DNA from: the human T2T-CHM13v2.0 reference genome, Homo sapiens
Reading direction: 5' to 3' (one strand)
Length of the DNA stretch: 64,000 nucleotides
Assembly (NCBI RefSeq): GCF_009914755.1
Contig: NC_060925.1
Part shown: in pieces, positions 46,249-64,000 of the stretch
Numbering within the stretch: the first letter of the stretch is position 1
Layout of the letters: each line of letters opens with the position of its first letter
Program-made: the position numbers and the translations under genes
Notes under the pieces: model-generated
Database searches by the model: none
Told to the model about the DNA's origin: nothing
The model's input: only the letters and a program-made list of their open reading frames with translations

Positions 46249-46517
46249 GTGTGGTAATTGGGTTGTAAAACCAATTAGATTTTTAGAAAAGATACTATAT
46301 ATACATATTTTTTGGCATGGTCTTGGACCCATCTCTCTTTGGCCCAGCAATCTCTTCTTAAAAAAAAAAAAAAAGGAAAATACTACTTCCATAGATTAAA
46401 AATAGCTGGTGTTAGCATATCTTTTCCTAGCCCTACCCCAGCAAGTAAGGGAAAAAATATGTATTATATAGTGTCCTTTCTAAAGATCTAATTGGTTTTA
46501 CAGCCCAACTACCACAC
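46249..46517. repeat. ~65-bp inverted repeat with 138-bp spacer
   Basis: 46249-46313 versus reverse complement of 46452-46517: 5 transitions and 1 gap. Confidence 0.92.
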
Positions 46518-46962
46518 TTTAAGAAGAGAGTTTGTGTTTCAGTCTAAGACAAAAGGATTAAGCTGGGAAGCCCCTGAGAGAGAAGGACAGGAGAAACGAC
46601 TTTGAAGCTGACGCCTTCGTCCTGGAAGAAAGCAGAAGCTTAGAGCCTGGCTGAAGTAGAAAACGGGGTGACAGAAAACGGTGCCTCAGGCACAGGGCAT
46701 CCTGGATGGAGAATGAGGTTTTAAGATGCAGCATCTGTTGGTAGCCAGTGATGAGATTACTGTGAAGGACACCTTGGAATTTTCTAAAATAGCCAGATGG
46801 CAAGACCCAATGATTAGGCAGAGGAGCACCCAATGACAGCAGTCAAGAGGGAGGCACAAAGGACTTTGTGCTCCTCTAATTTTCTGGCACTACTTCAGGA
46901 TGACATTCTTACATGATCCAAGTGTCAGTCTGTGTAGGAGGTATGAATGATAACAGAGATCA

Positions 46963-48824
<1,862 letters not shown>

Positions 48825-48919
48825 TAAGCAGAATATGCATCAAAAAACCCATCATCATTATGTACCTATATTGTTATGGCCGTTATTATTTTAAATTTAT
48901 GAATTTTGGTTTATGAATA

Positions 48920-49540
<621 letters not shown>

Positions 49541-50591
49541 TACCAAAAAAGGTAAATGGTAATCATGAAAGCTAGCCTTAACTCATGAGGAAAAAGAATT
49601 GCATATTAACAACAAAATTCCTTTTTTTGAAAAGGAATTTTTTAAAAAATTGATACCTAAGAAATTTTTAATGTATTTATTGAGTTATAATACACATAAA
49701 GCACATTAATCTTAAGTGTACTGATAAATTTCTACCTATGTATAAACCCATGGAACCCCACTCATATCAAGATTCGAACATTTCTAGAACCCTTAAAGGC
49801 TCCTCATCCCATTTTCCCATCAAAACCCCCACCATAAATAATCACTATTTTTAATTCTATCATCATAGATAGGTTTTACCTATTCTTGAGCTTCCAGTAA
49901 ATGGAATAATATCCTAGAATTTTTTTTCTATATTTAAGCAATGAAATTCTGTATTTAAACACTCAAGAATATCCTACTAGTAGTACACCAAGCTCTCAGC
50001 AGACAATCACATAGAATCCTTGTGGGCTATGGAGTGGCCAGTCAAGGAAATGACCACATCCAAAGAGGGCTTAAAGAACTAATGACAGTCTTTAGGTAGG
50101 TATCACAGAATTCCACCCTATTCCTTTAAAACAAGACCAGAGAGAGATCATACTCAGTATCATGCAGCAATGCTAATATGAGACACGTATTTTACTACCA
50201 GTCTTCTTCAGGACCGACTATACAAATTCCAGCATTAGAATAGATCAAATCCACCAAGCCCAGAGACAATTCTCTGTTAGAAACATCAAAGCATGGACCA
50301 TGGGACACTGAACTATTCTCCTGGAAGCAGCCCTTCCAAAAGAGGTAATGGCTGTCTGTGTCTCCCTACACTTCTGAGTTGTCCTTACTTGTAGGTTATG
50401 AATTTGTCATCCATGATGTTATCTAAACTCTTATATTTGTTGTTGTTGTTGTGGTGTCACTGTTTTGTTTTCTGTGGTTTTTTTTGGTGTGTATGGTTTT
50501 TGTTGTCTTTTTTTGCTGTTGTTTTCTTTCTGTCTTCTGTATTTAGTTTATACAACCCATTAAAGAAACTTCCAAGGTCTGGTTTGCCACA

Positions 50592-50957
50592 TGCTATATA
50601 GTCTGAATGTTAGTATCTTCCCAAAATTCATAGGTTGAAAATCTAACACTCAAGGTGACGGTATTAGGAGGTGAGGACTTTGGGAGGTGATTAGGTCATA
50701 AAGGCAGAGCCCTCATGAATGGAATTAGTGCCCTTATAAAAGAGGCCTGATAGAGACCCCCTAGCTCCTTCTACCAGGACATAGGTAGAAGGTGCCATCT
50801 ATGAACCAGAAAGCAGATCCTCACCCCTCACCAGACACCAAATCTGCCAGTGCCTTGAGTTCGGACTTCCTAGCCTCTAGAACTGTGAGAAATTTCTGGT
50901 ATTTACAAACTACCCAATTTATGATTTTTTTTATAGCAGCCTAAACAGACTAAGACA
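50592..50957 (+). mobile_element. MLT1A-type MaLR solo LTR
   Basis: tgcta...ctaagaca termini; TSD CCACA (50587-50591 / 50958-50962). Confidence 0.82.
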
Positions 50958-51308
50958 CCACACTTATTCACGCCCCTTGGGATGGTATATTCCTTGTATT
51001 TCTTATTGCTTTTCAGGGCAAAGAAGGACTTCCATTCATTGTTTTGGTGTATAGCATAGCCTTTTTGAGCCTTTCTTCAGCTTCATGATGTGACCAGAAC
51101 CACGTGAGCATTCCAAGAGCAGACACACCCCATTTACAGATAAGAGAACCCTCCTTGCCTTGTTTACAAAGCTCTTCAGTATGCTATATACACTTGGCTT
51201 GACTTTTGGCCACAATAGCAAACTAAAATGATCTCTTGAGAGAGCTGGTATTAAAAACTACTCAGCATGGTGTAGTTGTAATTGTTTACCCCAAGAAATA
51301 TCACCTTA

Positions 51309-53546
<2,238 letters not shown>

Positions 53547-54190
53547 TGAGGTCCTAATATCTTAAGCGTGGTGAACATTTGTTTTTGCCTGGCCCATATC
53601 CATTCCCATTTCTGGTATTAGCACCCTGATGTTCCCTGGAGGTAAGGATTCATTCCCCCGTCTCAGATCCAGGGATGGAAACACACATGGCCCAGACTGG
53701 CCAATAAGAATATTCCACTCTATCCCATCCCTACCCTCAGGCCACAGTGACGGTTCAGGAATAGGAATAAAACTCAAACTGACCCAATGAGAGTCAATTC
53801 TAGAACATTTGCTAGAACTGTATTGTTAAAATAAATTCTCTCTTTCCACACCAATTGCTAAATTATGAATATGCAGTTCTCATCCCAGCAGCTATACTGT
53901 CACTTCACCGGCAATGCCTGCCTGAGGATAAAATCAACCCAGAGAAAAACTGAGCCAAAATACAACATGAGAGAGAATCCCAATAACCTTGTTTGGGCCC
54001 TGAATCCAGCAATGACTGAACAAGTAAAGCTATACATTTGATATTCCAGAGGTAGCATAACACAACAGTTAAGAACAATGGTTTTGCAATTAGCCTACCT
54101 ACCTCTGAATCTCTGCTGTCACTTGCTGTGGGGCCATGGGCAAGTTATTTAACTTCTCAGTGCCTTCATTTCCTCATCTGTTTAAAATGG

Positions 54191-56500
54191 TGATATGGTT
54201 TGGCTGTGCCCTCACCCAAATCTCATCTTGAATTGTACTCCCATAATTCCCACATGTTGTAGGAAGGACCCGGGAATAGATAACTGAATCATGGGGGCGG
54301 TTCCCCCATACTGTTCTCGTGGTAGTGAATAGGTCTCACAAGATCTGATGGTTTTATCAGGGGTTTCTGCTTTTGCATCTTCCTCATTCTCTCTTTGCCT
54401 GCTGCCATCCATGTAAGACGGGACTTGCTCCTCTCCTTGCCTTCCACCATGATTGTGAGGCTTCCCAAGCCACGTGGAACTGTAAGCCTAATTAAGCCTC
54501 TTCCTTTTGTAAATTGCCCTGTCTTGGGTATTTCCTTATCAGCAGCATGAAAACGGACTAATTTAGTAAATTAGTACTAGTAGAATGGGGCACTGCTGAA
54601 AAGATACCCGAAAATGGGGAAGTGACCTTAAAACTGGGTAACAGGCAGAGGTTGGAACAGTTTGGAGGGCTCAGAAGAAGACAGGAAAATGTGGGAAAGT
54701 TTGGAACTTCCTAGTGTTGAATGGCTTTGCCCAAAATGCTGATAGTCATATGGACAATAAGGTCCAGGCTGAGGTGGTCTCAGATGGAGATGAGGAACTT
54801 GTTGTGAACTGGAGCAAAGGTGACTCTTGTTACGTTTTAGCAAAGAGATTGATAGCATTTTGCCCCTGCCCTAGAGATTTGTGGAACTTTGAACTTGAGG
54901 GAGATGATTTAGGATATCTGGCGGAAGAAATTTCTAAGCAGCAAAGCATTCAAGAGGTGACGTGGGTGCTCTTAAAAGCATTCAGTTTTAAAAGAGAAAC
55001 AGCATAAAAGTTTGAAAAATTTGCAGCCTGACAATGCAATAGAAAATAAAATTCCATTTTCTGAGGAGAAATTCAAGCCGGCTGCAGAAATTTGCATAAG
55101 TAACAAAAAGCCAAAAGTTAATCCCCAAGACAATGGGGGAAATGTCTTCAGGGCATGTCAGAGGTCTTCAAGGCAGCCCCTCCCATCAAGCCCTGGAGGC
55201 CTAGAGGAAAAAGGAGTTTCGTGAGCTGGGCCCAGGGTCCCTGAGCTGTGTGCAGCCTAGAGACTTGGTGCCCTGCGTCCTAGCCACTCCAGCCATGGCT
55301 GAAAGGGGCCAACATAGGGCTCAGGCCATGGATTCAGATGGTACAAGCCCCAAGTCTTGGCAGCTTCCATGTGGCATTGAGCCTGCAGGTGCACAGAAGT
55401 CAAGAATTGGGAACCTCCACCTAGATTTCAGACGTATGGAAACACCTGGATGCCCAGGCAGAAGTTTGCTGCAGGGGCGGGGCTCTCATGGAGAACCTCT
55501 GCTAGGGCAGTGTGGAAGGGAAATGCGGGGTCGAAGCCGCCACACAGAGTTCCTACTGGGGCACCGCCTAGTGGCACTGTGAGAAGAAGGCCACTGTCCT
55601 CCAGACCCCAGAATTGTAGATTCATTGACAGCTTACACCGTGTGCCTGGAAAAGCCGCAGACACTCAAGGCCACCCTGTGAAAGCAGCCAGGAGGGAGGC
55701 TGTACCCTGCAAAGCCACAGGGGCGGAGCTGCCCCAGACCATGGGAACCCATCTCTTGCATCAGCATGTCCTGGATGTGAGACATGGAGTCAAAGGAGAC
55801 CATTTTGGAGCTTTAAGATTTGACTGTCCTGCTGGATTTCAGACTTGCATGGACCCTGTAGCCCCTTTGTTCTGGCCAATTTCTTCCATTTGGAACAGGT
55901 GTATTTACCCAATGTCTGTACCCCCACTGTATCTAGGAAATAACTAGCTTGCTTTTGATTTTACAGGCTTATAGGCAGAAGAGACTTGCCTTGTCTCAGA
56001 TGAGACTTTGGACTGTGGACTTTTGAGTTAATGCTGAAATGAGTTAAGACTTTGGGGGACTGTTGGGAATGCATGATTGGTTCTGAAATGTAAAGATAAA
56101 GGATTTGGGAGGGGCCAGGGGCAGAATAATATGGTTTGGCTGTGTCCCCACCCGAATCTCCTCTTGAATTGTACTCCCATAATTCCCACATGCTGTGGGA
56201 GGGACCAAGGTGAAACAACTGAATCATGGAGGCGGTTTCCCCACTACTGTTCTCATTGTAGTGAATAAGTTTCACGAGATCTGATGGTTTTATCAGGGAT
56301 TTCTGCTTTTGCATCTTCCTCATTCTCTCTTTGCCTGCTGCCATCCATGTAAGACGTGATTTGCTCTTCCTTCCCTTCCACCATGATTGTGAGGCTTCCC
56401 TAGTCACGTGGAACTGTAAGTCCAATTAAATCTCTTCTTTCTGTAAACTACCCCAGTCTCAGGTATGTCTTTATCAGCAGCATGAAAATGGACTAATACA
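54191..56500 (+). mobile_element. Full-length THE1C-like MaLR: 5'LTR 54191-54565, internal 54566-56126, 3'LTR 56127-56500
   Basis: Two similar ~375-bp LTRs (tgatatggtttggc...ctaataca); THE1-int ORF remnants; TSD AATGG on both sides; splits a MIR. Confidence 0.92.
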
Positions 56501-56739
56501 AATGGGTACCTACAACAGTACTTACTTCACTGGGTTTTTCTGTTAATTAAATGTGACAATACATGTAAAGGACAAAAACATTCCCTGACATTATCTTGGT
56601 AAGCACGCAACAGATGACAGCTATAAGCTTTTCCAACACACAACGTTTTGCTATACTCTGAACCCTTATGGTAATGACTGTCTACATTATTCCCTTGTCA
56701 CTCAATATGTGGCTTTATATTACTATTAAAACTTCATAT

Positions 56740-57749
<1,010 letters not shown>

Positions 57750-57876
57750 TTAATTCTCTAGCATTCCAACAAGATATTATTCAGTTTATGGAAGAGAAAA
57801 CAGACTGAGAAAAGTTAAGTAATTCACCCAAGTTTATACAGCTAATAAATGGCTAATTCAGAATTCAAGCCCATAG

Positions 57877-58004
57877 TTTTAACCATTTAAGCTACACTGC
57901 CTCACAGCACTTAGCTCTAAACTCATGCCATTAAGCTACACTGTCTCACAGCACTTTAACCATTAAGCTACACTGCCTCACAGTGCTTAGCTCTAAACTC
58001 ATGC
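57877..58004 (+). repeat. Complex tandem repeat (3 copies of ccattaagctacactgcctcacagcactt)
   Basis: A-B-A-A-B structure, with B = agctctaaactcatg. Confidence 0.88.
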
Positions 58005-59126
58005 ACACAGAAATACACTAATACTGTGGTCCTAATATGAGAAATAATTTTGCTTTTCCATTGCATATTAATTACTTGTATTTATTATCCACTTTAGCAC
58101 TCAACCCACTATAATCTAGCTTAGTCTTCCAATACTCCACTAAATTTGCTTTGATAGGATTTCAATATCCTTTTAGTTATCAAATCCATTACTTCTCCTG
58201 CCACATCCTTTCTGTGTAATTTCATTCTTAGCATCTACCATCAACTACACACCTATGCCTCCCAAATCCTTTCTATACCAAGTTCCAAATCCAAATAATC
58301 AGCTGCCTGCCCCCTAGTGAGCTCCATTTGTGTTCTCACAGGAACCTCAAACTCACTGGTTCCAACCCTAAACTCTCCTCATGTACTTCTTATTTTGGTG
58401 AAAAACACCATCTTCCAGTCTCTCACACCAGAAATCTAGGAATAATCTTTGACTTCTCCCACACCTACCATATCTGGTCAGGCATGAAGTCCTTAGCATT
58501 CCCATGACCTCCCGCTTCTTTTCTGCTATTTCTCTAGTCCAGGCCCTCATTATCGTTTAACCTGATGACCACAACTGTTGCAGTCATGTGCAAGTCAGGC
58601 TGGTGTTCCTGCCTACAGTCTTGTTCTACTACAATTTATTCTCAGACTGCTGCCAAAGTTGATATTCAATTCAAAAAAATATTCAATGAGCACCCATTAT
58701 GTACTCCCATACATAAGTAGGTACTAGGGCTACCAGGGAAAATAAGCCACCATGCCTACTCTCAATGAGTTTACAGTTGAGTGGGCGTGGCATTCAGTAA
58801 ATGTTACACTAGGGATCAGGACCAGACACTGTAGGGACCCAAAATACAGCCCCTAAATTGGTCTCCGGAATCAGGGAACAGTTTCTAGAAAAGATGATAT
58901 CTAACCTGAAGTCCTAACGGATAAGCAGGAGTTTATCCGTTTGGGAGAATGAACAAAGAGCAGAGGAGAGAGGAAGTTCAATTTGGTGCCATTAGTGGAA
59001 ACAGCAAGTGGTTCCAATAGTAGGGCTGTGCAGTTTGAGGGGGTAAAAGAAAACAAGACAGAAATTATTGGGGAAGAAAAGAAATCCTGTCTCACTGATG
59101 CCCTTGGAGGTACTAAGTAGACTTAC

Positions 59127-59269
59127 CGTTCAATCTCCTTTTCATTCCCCTCTCTGCGAAATCGCTCAATATATTCTTTGCTATGTTGTTCTTGTGTGTG
59201 ACACTGCTCTTCAAATATTTTAATTGTTTCATTAAAAGCTTCTATTGCAGTCCTCTTCATCTGTATTTC
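59127..59269 (-). CDS. PIK3R3: PIK3R3 exon ([14 protein letters not shown]...EKEIE), iSH2
   Basis: tgtag|GAA...CG|gtaagt; 143 nt. Confidence 0.96.
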
Positions 59270-59484
59270 CTACAGGAGAGAAAAAGAAAAAACACAGGCT
59301 TCATTATCTTTATTATTTTCTTCTAACCTTGGTCTTAAACAAATTTTGTAATTCCAGTTATTAATGTAATCCCATATAACACCTAGTCTTTCAAAAGTCT
59401 TCTCCTTGTTTAGGAGGACTAAAACAAGAGCTTTTATTCAACCCCTACTCTATTACTTGTATGTAAAATACATCATTTAAACTA

Positions 59485-64000
<4,516 letters not shown>

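Noticed and set aside
54714-56425. 97-165 aa ORFs
   Set aside because: Fragmented THE1 internal and LTR reading frames, not a host gene.

Overview
Human (or near-identical hominid) genomic DNA, recognisable as the MAST2/PIK3R3 locus on chr1p34. The + strand carries the 3' part of MAST2: 23 coding exons from 6 to the TAG at 33253-33255, covering the DUF1908 region, AGC kinase, AGC C-tail, PDZ domain and a long Ser/Pro-rich last exon, with AATAAA at 33396. The - strand carries the last 6 coding exons of PIK3R3 (p55gamma iSH2 and cSH2, stop at 40865) and a ~3.5 kb 3'UTR ending near 37320. All exon boundaries were read by hand, obey GT-AG and keep frame. The genes converge, ~3.9 kb apart, with a near-consensus CTCF motif in the gap. 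Introns contain a 5'-inverted (twin-primed) young L1PA, a full-length THE1C, THE1B and MLT1A solo LTRs, MER44, MER58, ~30 Alus and old L1M/L2/MIR fragments; most short ORFs in the supplied track are repeat or antisense shadows. I found no convincing new gene system. The best leads are a candidate 9-nt in-frame MAST2 microexon, an unexplained 65-bp inverted repeat, a 72-bp direct repeat bracketing an exon, an L2-derived poly(A) signal, a fused inverted Alu hairpin and the L1 inversion architecture. Exon numbers, repeat subfamilies and variant labels come from memory and need database confirmation.
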